A stretch of DNA of 64,000 bases from an uncultured beta proteobacterium (GCA_903876715.1 CAIRBF010000217.1:2931-66930), one strand, 5' to 3'; numbered from the stretch's first letter, positions 9,003 to 18,884 are shown. Numbers and translations are program-made. Notes: a model not told the origin generated them from the sequence alone.

Positions 9003-10103
9003 TCAGACGAGCCTGTCCAGCACCGACTTGTCGAAGGCCACGAGGTCGTCGGCACGCCCGTCACGAACCCGCCGGACCCAGTCCGGATTGCTCAGCAGGG
9101 CGCGGCCGATGGCGACCAGGTCGTACTGCCCGCTGCCCAGGCCTTGTTCGAGCAGGGCCAGGTGATCGCGCGCGACAGCCGCATGCACCTTGCCCGTGGG
9201 CTCCTTGAAGTCTGTGCCCAGGGTCACCGACCCCACGGTCATCGTGGGCCGGCCTGACAGGGTGCGCACCCAGGCCGCGAGATTGCGCGGGTCGCCTTCG
9301 AACTCCGGTTCCCAGAATCGACGCGTGGAACAGTGGAACAGGTCCACGCCGGCCCGCGCGAGGCCCTGCACGATGATCCCGAGCTCCTGCGGTGTGTCGG
9401 CGATGCGCGCCGAGAAGTCCAACTGCTTCCACTGGGAGATACGGAACGACACCGGGAAAGCGGAGCCGGCCTCAGCCTTGATGGCTGCCACCAGATCGCA
9501 GGCGAAGCGGGTGCGGTGGGCCAGCCCGCCGCCGTAGTGGTCGGCGCGCAGGTTGGTGGGTGCCCACAGGAACTGATCGGGCAGGTAGCCGTGCGCGCCA
9601 TGGATCTCCACGCCATCGAACCCGATGTCACGCGCCGAGCGCGCGGCCTGGGCGAAGGCAGCCAGCGTGCGGTCGATCTGTGCGGTGGTCATCGCCTGGC
9701 CGAATGGGCGTCCGGGAGCCGCAAGCCCGGACGGGCTGAGGCGGGTCAATTCGGGCGCCAGGCTGTCGCGCATGCCGATCATGGACGGCGAGAACGCCCC
9801 GACATGCCAGAGCTGCGGGAAGATCGCCGCGCCATGCCGGTGCACGGCGTCCACGACTCGGCGCCATCCTTCCAGGGCCTCGTCGCCGTGGAAGCGCGGC
9901 ACGGTGCTGCCGAAGCTGCCTTCGGCGTCGGGTGGCGTGCCTTCGGTGATGACGAGCCCGACGCCCCCTTCGGCGCGGCGGGCATAGTAGGCCGCCATCT
10001 CATCGGTGGGCACGCCGTCGCGCGCGGCCTCGCGCGTCATGGGCGCCATCGCCACCCGGTTCCTGAGGGTCAGAGACCCGAGCTTCAAGGGCGAGAACAG
10101 CAT
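9003..10103 (-). CDS. NADH:flavin oxidoreductase, Old Yellow Enzyme family
   Basis: N-terminal LFSPLKLGSLTLRNRVAMAPMTR and internal GFDGVEIHGAHGYL motifs are characteristic of OYE/NemA-type FMN oxidoreductases. Confidence 0.9.
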   Translation of the reverse strand: MLFSPLKLGSLTLRNRVAMAPMTREAARDGVPTDEMAAYYARRAEGGVGLVITEGTPPDAEGSFGSTVPRFHGDEALEGWRRVVDAVHRHGAAIFPQLWHVGAFSPSMIGMRDSLAPELTRLSPSGLAAPGRPFGQAMTTAQIDRTLAAFAQAARSARDIGFDGVEIHGAHGYLPDQFLWAPTNLRADHYGGGLAHRTRFACDLVAAIKAEAGSAFPVSFRISQWKQLDFSARIADTPQELGIIVQGLARAGVDLFHCSTRRFWEPEFEGDPRNLAAWVRTLSGRPTMTVGSVTLGTDFKEPTGKVHAAVARDHLALLEQGLGSGQYDLVAIGRALLSNPDWVRRVRDGRADDLVAFDKSVLDRLV

Positions 10104-10216
10104 CGCTACCTGCCAAGAGGGATCCGAAATGAGGGCGAGGGAAGTCGCCGCGCGTTCAGGCGAAGCGCGCGCCGCGGCGTGAAGGGTACGATGGCCGCGA
10201 CAACCGAAGGTCCGAC

Positions 10217-10726
10217 ATGCCGACGTCCGAACAGGAATCCGACCTGCGCTCGCTGCTGCTGGAGCGCAGGATCATGCAGACCCTCGCCCGCTATTGCATC
10301 TGCCTCGACGAATACGACATCGAGGGCGTAGCGGCATGCTTCACTGCCGATGCAACGGCCGACTACGGCCCGGGCCGCGGCGGCTTGATCCAGGGACGGG
10401 AGGCCATCGCGGCACGCATCGAGCGCGGGCAGGCTGCGTTCAGACGCACCCATCACCAAATCGGCCAGGTGGCGGTCACCCTGCGCCGGGAGTCGGCCAT
10501 GGCGACGACCTATGTCACGGCTTGGCACGAGCGCGACGACGGCGTGCAGGAGGTGCTGTGCCTGCGCTACGTCGACCGCCTGCAGCTGGTCGAGGATGTG
10601 TGGTTGATCGCGCAACGGCGGGTCCAGATCTCGTTCACGGACGGCTTCCCAGGCACGCGTTGGCGCTGGGTGCGCCGCCGCCGCCCAGCCCCGCCGCTCA
10701 GCTCGCCCCGTCAAGCTCGATCTTGA
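10217..10726 (+). CDS. NTF2-like / SnoaL-type domain protein
   Basis: About 140-aa core (IMQTLARYCICLDEYDIEGVAACFTADA...HHQIGQV...) typical of the SnoaL_4/NTF2 fold. The Arg/Pro-rich tail overlaps the 3-prime end of the convergent VOC-2 gene. Confidence 0.7.
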   Translation: MPTSEQESDLRSLLLERRIMQTLARYCICLDEYDIEGVAACFTADATADYGPGRGGLIQGREAIAARIERGQAAFRRTHHQIGQVAVTLRRESAMATTYVTAWHERDDGVQEVLCLRYVDRLQLVEDVWLIAQRRVQISFTDGFPGTRWRWVRRRRPAPPLSSPRQARS

Positions 10727-11288
10727 GCGTGTGCCCGTCCCAGCGCGCGGCCTCTTCGGCCACGCGCCGGTAAAGGCCGAGCACGCCGTCGCTGACGGGG
10801 TAGATCTCGACCATGTGACCCATCAAGGGCCGGGTGTCGATGAACGAGGCGCCGCGCCCGCTGCGGGTGCGAAGCTCGGTGGCGACGGGATAACCCATCG
10901 CGACGAAGCGGTCCACCGTCGCGCGGTAGTCCTCGGGCATGATCGCCACGTGGTGCAGGCCTTCGGCGCCCGGGGCGAATGCGTCGCGAAAGGCCGAGGG
11001 CGAGTCGTCGTGCTGACAAATGAACTCGATCTGCACCGGGCCGGCCTGTACGAAGGCAGCCGAGATGTCGAGCTTCGTCGGCGTTCCGCGGTACCAGACC
11101 TCGTGCATCTGGATGTGCCTGCGCACGATGAAGGGGCCCGTGCCCCACATGGCGTGCCAACGATCGATGGCGCGGTCGATGTCGGCCACGACATAGGCGT
11201 TCTGGATCATGCCCTGGCCGTGCCGTGAGGGCATGAAAGGCGCCGACAGGTCGAACGCGCTGGTGACGGGGGTGTTCTCGGATGCCAT
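10698..11288 (-). CDS. VOC-family protein, copy 2
   Basis: Collinear with 8451-8981 (IQNAYVVADIDRAIDRW...LHHVAIM...). GAGGAT RBS before the ATG at 11288. Internal ATGs are possible alternative starts. Confidence 0.8.
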   Translation of the reverse strand: MASENTPVTSAFDLSAPFMPSRHGQGMIQNAYVVADIDRAIDRWHAMWGTGPFIVRRHIQMHEVWYRGTPTKLDISAAFVQAGPVQIEFICQHDDSPSAFRDAFAPGAEGLHHVAIMPEDYRATVDRFVAMGYPVATELRTRSGRGASFIDTRPLMGHMVEIYPVSDGVLGLYRRVAEEAARWDGHTLKIELDGAS

Positions 11289-11373
11289 GGCTTCGATCCT
11301 CGTGGAGTGCCTGGGTGGTGAACAGTGAAGTCTTGGAAGGGCGACGCGTGCCGTTGTGGGGTGCCCGGGGGGC

Positions 11374-12261
11374 TCAATCCGTGCGGCCGGCGTGTGGAGC
11401 CTCGTAACGCCGTTCGAGCTCCTCGCTGGCGGTCACACCGGACACCCGCTTCCACTCGGTGAAGTTGACCATCCGGGGCAGCCAGGGCTCGATCGTGCCG
11501 TGATCACGCAGGTCGGCGAACATCGCCTCGATCTGCTTGACCGCCATGAACAGCGCATGGGCCGGGTAGATCACCAGCCGGTAGCCCAGCTCCTGCAGTC
11601 GCGTGGTGTGCAGATGGGGGCTGAGACCGCTGGTGGAGACGTTGTAGAGCTGCGGACCCTGGATCTCGCGCGCCAGCCGCACGGCCTGCTCCTCGCTCGT
11701 CACTCCGTTGCAGAAGACGAGGTCGGCACCCGCCTCGAGGTAGCGCGAGGCGCGCTCGATGGTGTCCTCGAGGTTCGTGGCGCCGAACATCTCCGTGCGG
11801 GCGATGATGATGGTCTGCCCGTCCCGCCGCGCGTCCAGCGCAGCCTTCAGGCGCGTGACCATCTCGTCGATGCTCACCAACTGGTGCCCGCCGACGAAGC
11901 CGCAGCGGCGCGGGAACTGCTGGTCCTCCAGGTGAAGCGCCGCGACACCTGCGGCTTCGAGGTCTCTGACGGTGCGGCGCACGTTCAGCACGCCGCCGTA
12001 GCCCGTTTCCGCATCGCAGATGAGCGGAAGCTGGGCCACCTCCACCGTGCGGCGGGCGACGTCGAGCATCTCGCTGTGGGTGATCACGCCGAGGTCGGGC
12101 TGGCCGTAGACGCCGCCTGCGACGCCGGCTCCTGTGAGGTAGATCGCCTTGAAGCCGGCCTCGGCGGCGAGCCTGCCCACCAAGGGACTGAAGACGCCCG
12201 GTGCCACGACCGGGCCGGTGCCCGCCATGTCCAAGCGCAAGCGCGCCGCGAACTCGTTCAT
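11374..12261 (-). CDS. Isocitrate lyase / PEP mutase family enzyme (2-methylisocitrate-lyase or carboxyvinyl-carboxyphosphonate phosphorylmutase-like)
   Basis: PGVFSPLVGRLAAEAGFKAIYLTGAG...CDAETGYGG...HLEDQQFPRRCG motifs of the ICL/PEPM superfamily. ATGA overlap with the upstream PrpD-like gene. Confidence 0.85.
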   Translation of the reverse strand: MNEFAARLRLDMAGTGPVVAPGVFSPLVGRLAAEAGFKAIYLTGAGVAGGVYGQPDLGVITHSEMLDVARRTVEVAQLPLICDAETGYGGVLNVRRTVRDLEAAGVAALHLEDQQFPRRCGFVGGHQLVSIDEMVTRLKAALDARRDGQTIIIARTEMFGATNLEDTIERASRYLEAGADLVFCNGVTSEEQAVRLAREIQGPQLYNVSTSGLSPHLHTTRLQELGYRLVIYPAHALFMAVKQIEAMFADLRDHGTIEPWLPRMVNFTEWKRVSGVTASEELERRYEAPHAGRTD

Positions 12262-13640
12262 CGCAACAACTCCAGGGGTATGCGGATGTCTTCGACGTGC
12301 TCGAGTTCCCGTAGCATCGTCAGTCCTTCGTGCAGGCGCTGCCAGCGCGGATGGCGCCCCGCGCAGTCATGAAACTTGCGGGCGATGCCTTCGACATCGA
12401 GCGGGCGGCCGCGGCTGCCGAGGTTGTCGATGCGGTCGACACGCAGGGTGCGCGCGCTGTCGCCGCGCAGCCGCACCGTGACCTCGGTGAACTCCTGCGT
12501 CAGGAAGGTCGAGGGCTCGGTCAAGGACGGGTGGACCACCATCGTCACCCGGTCCATCAGGGCGAGCATCGCGGGGTCGAGCGTGCGTGCGTCGGTGAAG
12601 TGCTCCAAGCGCACCGCGCCTTCGAGCAGCGCCGTGGCGATGCAGAACGGCGTCGAGAACTTGGCCTCGTAGCCGGTGCGCGGCCTTGGGAACTTCATGG
12701 TCGGCGGCACCAGTGCGTGCACGGCGACGATGACCTGCTCGATCTCGCCGATGTCGACCTGCGGACGCAGCGCGAGCGTGGCGTCGATGCCGGAGTGGAT
12801 CAGGCCGCAGCAGGGGTAGACCTTGACCACGAGGCCGGGATCCAGCAGATCCCAGCGCGACCCGAGGCCGCTCGTCATGGCCTCCAGGTCGAAGTTGCCC
12901 TTGCCGTTGAAGGCCACGGCCACACCGTGCGAGTGCTCGATCACGTCGGGCTCGGCCTGGAACCCGTCAGCGGCCAACAGCGCAGCCGTCACGCCATTGC
13001 GCGCGGCCTTGCCGACGTGGAAAGGGTTCGTCATGTTGCCGATCATGGTGCGCAAGCCCGACGCCTCGGAGGCGGCGATGCCCAGGGCTGAACGGATGCG
13101 CTCGGCGTCGAGCCCGATCACGCGCGCGCCCGCCACCGCGGCACCGAAGTGACCCAGCGTGGCGGTGGAGTGCCAGCCGCGGGCGTAGTGGTCCACACCG
13201 AGGCCGGCTGCGATGGCGGCCTCCACTTCCCAGCCTGCCACGAAGGCCTCGAGGACCTGCGTGCCGCTCACAGCTTGCTGGGAGGCTTCGGCAAGTGCCA
13301 GCAAGGCGAACAGGCACGGTGAGGCGACGAAGCCGCTCACCGTCAGGCTGATGTTGTCGAAATCGAGCGCATGCGCGGCAGCGCCGTTGGCCAGAGCCGC
13401 AGCGCCGGGCGAGGCCGTGAGATCCAGGCCCAGCAGGCTGGAGCGCCCCGCGGCTGCCTCGCGCAGCGCCTGGGCGCGCACCAGTTGCACCGATGTCTCG
13501 TCCAATCCCGCGTAAACGGTTCCCAGGGCATCGATGATCGCCACGAGTGCGCGCTGTCGAACGGCGGGCGGGATGTCGGAAATCGACAGCGTTGCGGCGA
13601 AGTGCGCGAGTCTTGCGGTGGTCGTCATCGAGGAAGACAC
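12258..13640 (-). CDS. MmgE/PrpD family protein (2-methylcitrate-dehydratase-like)
   Basis: 460 aa. The N-terminus TTARLAHFAATLSISDIPPAVRQ and overall pattern are typical of MmgE/PrpD proteins. Confidence 0.85.
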   Translation of the reverse strand: MSSSMTTTARLAHFAATLSISDIPPAVRQRALVAIIDALGTVYAGLDETSVQLVRAQALREAAAGRSSLLGLDLTASPGAAALANGAAAHALDFDNISLTVSGFVASPCLFALLALAEASQQAVSGTQVLEAFVAGWEVEAAIAAGLGVDHYARGWHSTATLGHFGAAVAGARVIGLDAERIRSALGIAASEASGLRTMIGNMTNPFHVGKAARNGVTAALLAADGFQAEPDVIEHSHGVAVAFNGKGNFDLEAMTSGLGSRWDLLDPGLVVKVYPCCGLIHSGIDATLALRPQVDIGEIEQVIVAVHALVPPTMKFPRPRTGYEAKFSTPFCIATALLEGAVRLEHFTDARTLDPAMLALMDRVTMVVHPSLTEPSTFLTQEFTEVTVRLRGDSARTLRVDRIDNLGSRGRPLDVEGIARKFHDCAGRHPRWQRLHEGLTMLRELEHVEDIRIPLELLR

Positions 13641-13827
13641 AGGCGTGTCGATCGAGTTTATCGTGGGGCTTGGGGCGGGGCTGACATGTGCCTTGACCGT
13701 TCAGGGACTGTTGCCAGGGCCTGTGTTGACGGTACCATAGAGATATAAGTTTCCGGTGCGACGCCGCGACGCCAGCCGAGCGCGCATCGGCCTGTGCGGC
13801 TGGAGCCTCGGCCACAGGTTTGCAGAC

Positions 13828-14658
13828 ATGGGCCGCATGAACATTCGACGCATATCCGGAGCCCTCGGCGCTGAGATCGAGGGCATCGACCTGCGGCAGC
13901 CGATCGACCCGTCGCAGGCTGGCGCGGTCCGCCAGGCGCTGCTCGACCACCAGGTCATCTTCCTGCGTGACCAGGACCTGACGTCCGAGCAGTTCCTGCG
14001 CTTTGCCCAGGCGATGGGGCAGCCGGTGGAGTACCCCTTCGTCAAGGGCATCGAAGGCCATCCCTGCATCATCGAGGTCAAGAAGCTCGAGCATGAGCGC
14101 GTGAATTTCGGCGGCATCTGGCACTCGGACACGACCTACCTGGATACGCCGCCGATGGGCTCGATGCTGCTCGCTCGCGAGGTCCCGCCCTACGGCGGCG
14201 ACACCTTGTTCTCGAATCAGTACCTCGCCTGGGAGAGCTTGTCTGCCACGATGCAGCGCATGCTCGACGGCCTGATCGCGATCAACAGTTCGGCCAAGGC
14301 GGATGTCTCGAAGACGCGGGAGGACCGCATCAAGTCGGATGGCAAGCAGGCCCAGGTCGAATACCGCAGCGAACACCCCCTCGTTCGCACGCACCCGGAG
14401 ACGGGCCGCAAGGCCTTGTACGTCAACGTGGCGCACACGGCAAGCATCAAGGACCTGTCGGAGCCCGAGGGCCGCGCCCTGCTGGACTTCCTGTTCGAGC
14501 ACCAGAACAAGGTCGAGTTCACCTGCCGGTTCGTGTGGCGCCAGCACTCCCTGGCCTTCTGGGACAACCGCTGCACCCAGCACAACCCGGTCAATGATTA
14601 CCATGGCTTCAAGCGGCTCATGCACAGGATCACCCTGCAGGGAGATCGACCGCGTTGA
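13828..14658 (+). CDS. TauD/TfdA-family Fe(II)/2-oxoglutarate dioxygenase (copy 1)
   Basis: GIWHSDTTY (HxD iron ligands), THPETGRKALYVN and FWDNRCTQH motifs. The track ORF start at 13756 is over-extended; ATG at 13828 or 13837 fits family length. Confidence 0.88.
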   Translation: MGRMNIRRISGALGAEIEGIDLRQPIDPSQAGAVRQALLDHQVIFLRDQDLTSEQFLRFAQAMGQPVEYPFVKGIEGHPCIIEVKKLEHERVNFGGIWHSDTTYLDTPPMGSMLLAREVPPYGGDTLFSNQYLAWESLSATMQRMLDGLIAINSSAKADVSKTREDRIKSDGKQAQVEYRSEHPLVRTHPETGRKALYVNVAHTASIKDLSEPEGRALLDFLFEHQNKVEFTCRFVWRQHSLAFWDNRCTQHNPVNDYHGFKRLMHRITLQGDRPR

Positions 14659-14753
14659 ATGCCGCCGGGCCTTGCGGCACCGTGCCGCCACAGCACAGCA
14701 AGGCGCTGGAAAGCGCTCCACCCCCCCCACCGTCGATGACAAGGAGAGATCAC

Positions 14754-15245
14754 GTGCTCACCGAGATGAAACTGAAGGAACTGCTGCGCGAGCACTTCGA
14801 GGCCGAAGCGCAGCGCGATGTCGAGTGGATCAAGAACACGGTCTCGGCCGACTGCGAGTACGAGGTGATCGGCCCCTACTACCCCGACGACCCCGTGAAG
14901 AAGGCCAAGACGGCCGACGGGCGCGCAGCGGTCGGGCAGCTCTGGGAGAACTACTTCCGCAAGTTCTCCAGCTATGAGATCGATTGCCCGTTCGAGAACA
15001 TGCTCGCCTGGCCGGAACAGAACGTGGTCTTCGCCCAGGTCCGGATCCGCGCGACTCCCGCCGAGGACTTCGAAGGCTTTCCCGCGGGCAAGTCCTTCTG
15101 CTACCAGACCGGCGCCTTGTGCTGGTTCAACGACCAGGGCGAGATGACGCGCGAGAAGGTCTTCGGCAGCCTGGGGCAGGTGCTGATGGACCTGCGCCGC
15201 ATGCGCGACCACCTGGCCACGGCAGAAGACGCCGTCGCGGCATGA
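14754..15245 (+). CDS. NTF2-like / SnoaL-type domain protein
   Basis: 163 aa from GTG 14754, preceded by AAGGAGA (14741-14747). The stop overlaps the next ATG (ATGA). Compact alpha+beta-like composition. The family call is weaker than the coding call. Confidence 0.6.
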   Translation: MLTEMKLKELLREHFEAEAQRDVEWIKNTVSADCEYEVIGPYYPDDPVKKAKTADGRAAVGQLWENYFRKFSSYEIDCPFENMLAWPEQNVVFAQVRIRATPAEDFEGFPAGKSFCYQTGALCWFNDQGEMTREKVFGSLGQVLMDLRRMRDHLATAEDAVAA

Positions 15246-16036
15246 CCGGCCCCCACTCGCCGCCCGTCCCGGGGCGGTTGGGCGGCCGTACCGGTCTCGT
15301 CACGGGGGCAGCCCGAGGCATCGGCCGTGCCGTTGCCCGGCGGCTCGCGCAGGAAGGCGCCCGGCTCGTGCTGCTGGACCTTGAAGGCGCTGGTGTCGAA
15401 GACACCGCGCACGCCATCCGGGCCAGCGGGGGCGAGGCCATCGCCTTTGCGGCCGACGTGAGCCAGCGCGCTGACGTTCGCCGGGCCCTGGACCACGCGC
15501 GTCAGGCAGGCTTCGCACCGGTGCAGATGCTGGTCAACAACGCGGCCTGGGGCCGACCTGCACCCTTCCTGGAGATCCGCGACGAGGACTGGCAGCGCAT
15601 GCTGTCGGTGAACCTCACCGGTGTCTTCGTCGTCGCCCAGGAGGTTGCCGCGGACATGGTCGCAAATGGCGGCGGACGCATCGTCAACGTCGCTTCGTTG
15701 GCGGCCCATACGGCCAACAGCCACCAGGCTGCCTACGCCGCGAGCAAGGGCGGCGTGGTCGCGATGTCCCGCGTGATGGCCTTCGAGCTCGCGCCGCATG
15801 GCATCCTCGTCAATGCGGTCTCGCCTGGCCCCATCGACACCGAGCTGGCGGCACGGATGTTGACTCCCGCGGCCCGTGCGGCGCGCGAGCAGAGAATCCC
15901 GCAAGGCCGGCTCGGCCAGCCGGAGGAGGTCGCCGCGGCGATCGCCTTCCTGCTCTGCGACGACGCCTCCTACATCAACGGCACGGTGCTCGTCATCGAC
16001 GGCGGCCTCGTGGGCGCCGGCATCCGAGCCGAGTGA
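15242..16036 (+). CDS. Short-chain dehydrogenase/reductase
   Basis: TGAARGIGRA motif, NNAA, YAASKGG catalytic motif, VIDGG end. The track ORF from 14984 is over-extended. Confidence 0.9.
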   Translation: MTGPHSPPVPGRLGGRTGLVTGAARGIGRAVARRLAQEGARLVLLDLEGAGVEDTAHAIRASGGEAIAFAADVSQRADVRRALDHARQAGFAPVQMLVNNAAWGRPAPFLEIRDEDWQRMLSVNLTGVFVVAQEVAADMVANGGGRIVNVASLAAHTANSHQAAYAASKGGVVAMSRVMAFELAPHGILVNAVSPGPIDTELAARMLTPAARAAREQRIPQGRLGQPEEVAAAIAFLLCDDASYINGTVLVIDGGLVGAGIRAE

Positions 16037-16076
16037 CCTGTTGCATCCCTCACCCCCCGCAGACAAGGACTTTCGC

Positions 16077-16742
16077 ATGACTTCCAACCCCACCAGTGCC
16101 GACCCCCGCCTGGATCCCGCACTGGTGCCTGCGCGGACCGCGCTGGTCCTCATCGACCTTCAGAACGACATCGTTCGCAACGACCAGGGGCCGTTCTACG
16201 GTGCGATCTTCCGCCAGGTTCAGGAGCAGGGTATCGTGCCGCGTGTGGCCGGGCTCGTGGACGTGGCGCGAGCCACCGGTGCGCCCGTGTTCTTCATCAC
16301 CGTGGTCCGGCGCCCCGATTACCTCGACGTCGTCAACCAGCTGACCGAGCTGGTCGTTGCAGGCAAGGCCGTGCCGGCCAAGCAGCAGCGCTCGCTGATC
16401 GCCGGGACGCCGGGCGCCGAACTCGTCGACGAGTTGCGCCCCCAGCCCTCGGACTACGTCCTGGTGAAGAAGCGGCGCAGCGCCTTCCTCGGCACCGAGC
16501 TCGACTTCCATCTGCGCTGCCTGGGCGTCACCACCGTGGTCGTGGGCGGGGTCGCGACCGACCTGGGCGTCGAAAACACGGTGCGTGAGGCCTGGGACCG
16601 CGACTACAACGTGGTCGTGTGCGAAGACATCTGCACCGCTGTGCCGCTGGCGGCGCACGAATACGCCCTGCGGTCCGTCTTCCCGCGCATGGCGCGTGTC
16701 ATGACGGCCGAGCAGGTGAGCGAGGCGCTGCGCCGGTCATGA
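16077..16742 (+). CDS. Isochorismatase-family hydrolase (Gly at the usual nucleophile-Cys position)
   Basis: ALVLIDLQNDIV (catalytic Asp region), KKRRSAF (Lys) and GVATDLGVENT, where cysteine-amidase members have GxxTDxCV. Confidence 0.85.
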   Translation: MTSNPTSADPRLDPALVPARTALVLIDLQNDIVRNDQGPFYGAIFRQVQEQGIVPRVAGLVDVARATGAPVFFITVVRRPDYLDVVNQLTELVVAGKAVPAKQQRSLIAGTPGAELVDELRPQPSDYVLVKKRRSAFLGTELDFHLRCLGVTTVVVGGVATDLGVENTVREAWDRDYNVVVCEDICTAVPLAAHEYALRSVFPRMARVMTAEQVSEALRRS

Positions 16743-16744
16743 GC

Positions 16745-16766
16745 GGGGCCAGCCCGGGCTGGCCCC
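16745..16766. terminator. Perfect GC hairpin between convergent isochorismatase-like and hydantoinase A genes
   Basis: GGGGCCAGC, loop CCGG, GCTGGCCCC, followed by ...CTCTTTTC on the plus strand. Likely a bidirectional terminator. Confidence 0.55.
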
Positions 16767-16781
16767 GGGCCGAGCCTCTTT

Positions 16782-18884
16782 TCAGCGCCTGCGGCCCGAA
16801 GGCACGTCGATGACGATGTTGCCGCTGGCGTCCAGGCGAGCGCTGCAGTCCGGCGGCACCACCACCGTGGTGTCGTATTCCGAAACGAGGAGCGGCCCCG
16901 ACGTGGGGGCATCCGTCAGCTCCTGACGGCTGAGCACCGGTGTCTGCACCCAGCCGTGCTGCGGCCCGAAGTAGGCCGAGCGCGGCGCGGCCTTCCGTGC
17001 GGTGTCCGTCTGGTCATGGAGCCAGCGTTCCCGGGCGGGGTGCTGGCGGGCAGCGCGGCCGACGACACGGGCGGTCACGAACTCGAAGCGCCGGCTGAGG
17101 TCGCGGTGTCCGAAGGTGCGGGTGTATTCGGCCTCGAAGGCCTCTTCCAGCGCGCGCAGGCTCTCGCCCTCGATACGGCTGTCGTCGAAAGGCACGGTGA
17201 TCTCGGCCGACTGCCCCTTGTAGCGGATGTCTGCCTGGGCGGAGATCGTGATCGCGGCGGGGTCGATGCCCTCCGCGGCAAGCCGGGACAGGATGTCCTC
17301 GCGCAGTTGCGAGAAGGCCGAGGCGATGTGCGCGGCGTCCTCGGGGGCGGTGGAGCACAGTACCGAGCGCGCGCCATGCTGCTCGATCTCCGCGGCCAGC
17401 AAGCCGAAGGCGCTGAAGACGCCGGGCGAGGGCGGGATCAGGACCTGGGTGACGCCCAACTCGCGCGCGATCCCCGCCGCGTGCAGCGGCCCCGATCCTC
17501 CGAAGGCCATCAGCGCGAAGTCAGCCGGGTCGCGCCCGCGCTCGACCGAGACCGTCTTGACGGTGCGCACGATGTTGGAATTCGCCACCAGGTGGATGCC
17601 CCACGCGGCGGCCTCCAAGGAAATCCCGGAGCGCGCGCAGACGTGACGCTCCACGGCCTGGCGTGCGAGGTCCACGTCGACGCTGAGGTCGCCGCCCGCC
17701 AGTGAGCCGCCCGACAGGTAGCCGAGCACAAGGTTGGCGTCGGTGACCGTCGGATGCTCGTTGCCCTGACCGTAGCATGCCGGGCCGGGCACCGAGCCGG
17801 CGCTGCGGGGGCCTACACGCAGCGCGCCCGCGTCGTCGACGCGGGCCAGGGAGCCCCCGCCGACGCCCACCTCCGAGATGTCGATGACAGGGATGCGCAA
17901 GAGGTAGCCACTGCCCCGGACGAGGCGGCTCGAGACCGAGATCTCGGAGCCCACCTCGTATTCGCTGGCGCGCAGCACCGTGTCGGACTCGATGATCGAG
18001 GCCTTGCTCGTCGTGCCCCCCATGTCGAAGGTGAGGAGGTTCGGGTAGCCGCTGGCCCGTGCCACGCGCGAGGCCGCGACGACGCCGGCCGCCGGCCCTG
18101 ACTCGATGATGGTGACGGCGTTGTGGCTGGCCGCACGCGCGCTGATCAGGCCGCCCGCGGATTGCATCACCAGGATGGGAGCCTGAACGCCCTGACCAGC
18201 GAAGCGGGTGCGCAGGTCATCAAGGTAGCGCCGCACCAGGGGCATCACGTAGGCATTGACCACGGTCGTGCTGGTGCGCTCGAACTCGCGCACCTCGGGC
18301 AGGATCTCGTGAGACAGGGACAAGGGCATGTGCGGCAAGGCCCGCCGCAGCGCATCGCCGATCGCCTGCTCATGGGCGGGGTTGCGGTAGGCGTGCAGGC
18401 AGCAGACCGCCACGGACTCGATGCCGCCTTCACGGATCGCGTCGATGGCCGCGGTGAGTGTGTCCGCTTCGAGCGGCACCAGGACTGAGCCGTCGGCAGC
18501 GATCCGCTCCCGAACCTCGAAGCGGAACTCGCGCGCCGCCATGGGCTCCGGCTTCTTCCAGGACAGGTCGTAGGACAGGGGGATACGGATACGCCGCAGT
18601 TCCAGCACGTCACGAAAGCCCTCGGTCGTGATCAGGGCTACCTTCGAGCCGCTGCGCTCCAGGATGGCGTTCGTGGCCACTGTGGTGGCATGGAGGACCT
18701 CGGTCACCGCCGCCGCGTCCAGGCCGCGCTGCGCCAGGTAGCGGACCACGCCTTCCACGATCGCGCGTCCGAAGTCTTCAGGTGTGGTCGGGACCTTGCG
18801 TTTGTCGAGTGTGCCGTCGGGAAAACGGAAGACCAGATCGGTGAAGGTGCCGCCAATGTCGGCAGCGACCTGAAGAGCCATCAT
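16782..18884 (-). CDS. Hydantoinase A / oxoprolinase family, ATP-dependent (HyuA-type subunit)
   Basis: 700 aa. N-terminal VAADIGGTFTDLV actin-like ATPase motif and overall HyuA pattern. ATGA overlap with HyuB. Confidence 0.92.
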   Translation of the reverse strand: MMALQVAADIGGTFTDLVFRFPDGTLDKRKVPTTPEDFGRAIVEGVVRYLAQRGLDAAAVTEVLHATTVATNAILERSGSKVALITTEGFRDVLELRRIRIPLSYDLSWKKPEPMAAREFRFEVRERIAADGSVLVPLEADTLTAAIDAIREGGIESVAVCCLHAYRNPAHEQAIGDALRRALPHMPLSLSHEILPEVREFERTSTTVVNAYVMPLVRRYLDDLRTRFAGQGVQAPILVMQSAGGLISARAASHNAVTIIESGPAAGVVAASRVARASGYPNLLTFDMGGTTSKASIIESDTVLRASEYEVGSEISVSSRLVRGSGYLLRIPVIDISEVGVGGGSLARVDDAGALRVGPRSAGSVPGPACYGQGNEHPTVTDANLVLGYLSGGSLAGGDLSVDVDLARQAVERHVCARSGISLEAAAWGIHLVANSNIVRTVKTVSVERGRDPADFALMAFGGSGPLHAAGIARELGVTQVLIPPSPGVFSAFGLLAAEIEQHGARSVLCSTAPEDAAHIASAFSQLREDILSRLAAEGIDPAAITISAQADIRYKGQSAEITVPFDDSRIEGESLRALEEAFEAEYTRTFGHRDLSRRFEFVTARVVGRAARQHPARERWLHDQTDTARKAAPRSAYFGPQHGWVQTPVLSRQELTDAPTSGPLLVSEYDTTVVVPPDCSARLDASGNIVIDVPSGRRR

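Noticed and set aside
13726-13750. TTGACG followed by TATAAG in the PrpD / TauD divergent region as a promoter.
   Set aside because: The spacer is only 12 nt, too short for a sigma70 promoter. It is kept only as evidence that the region is AT-richer.
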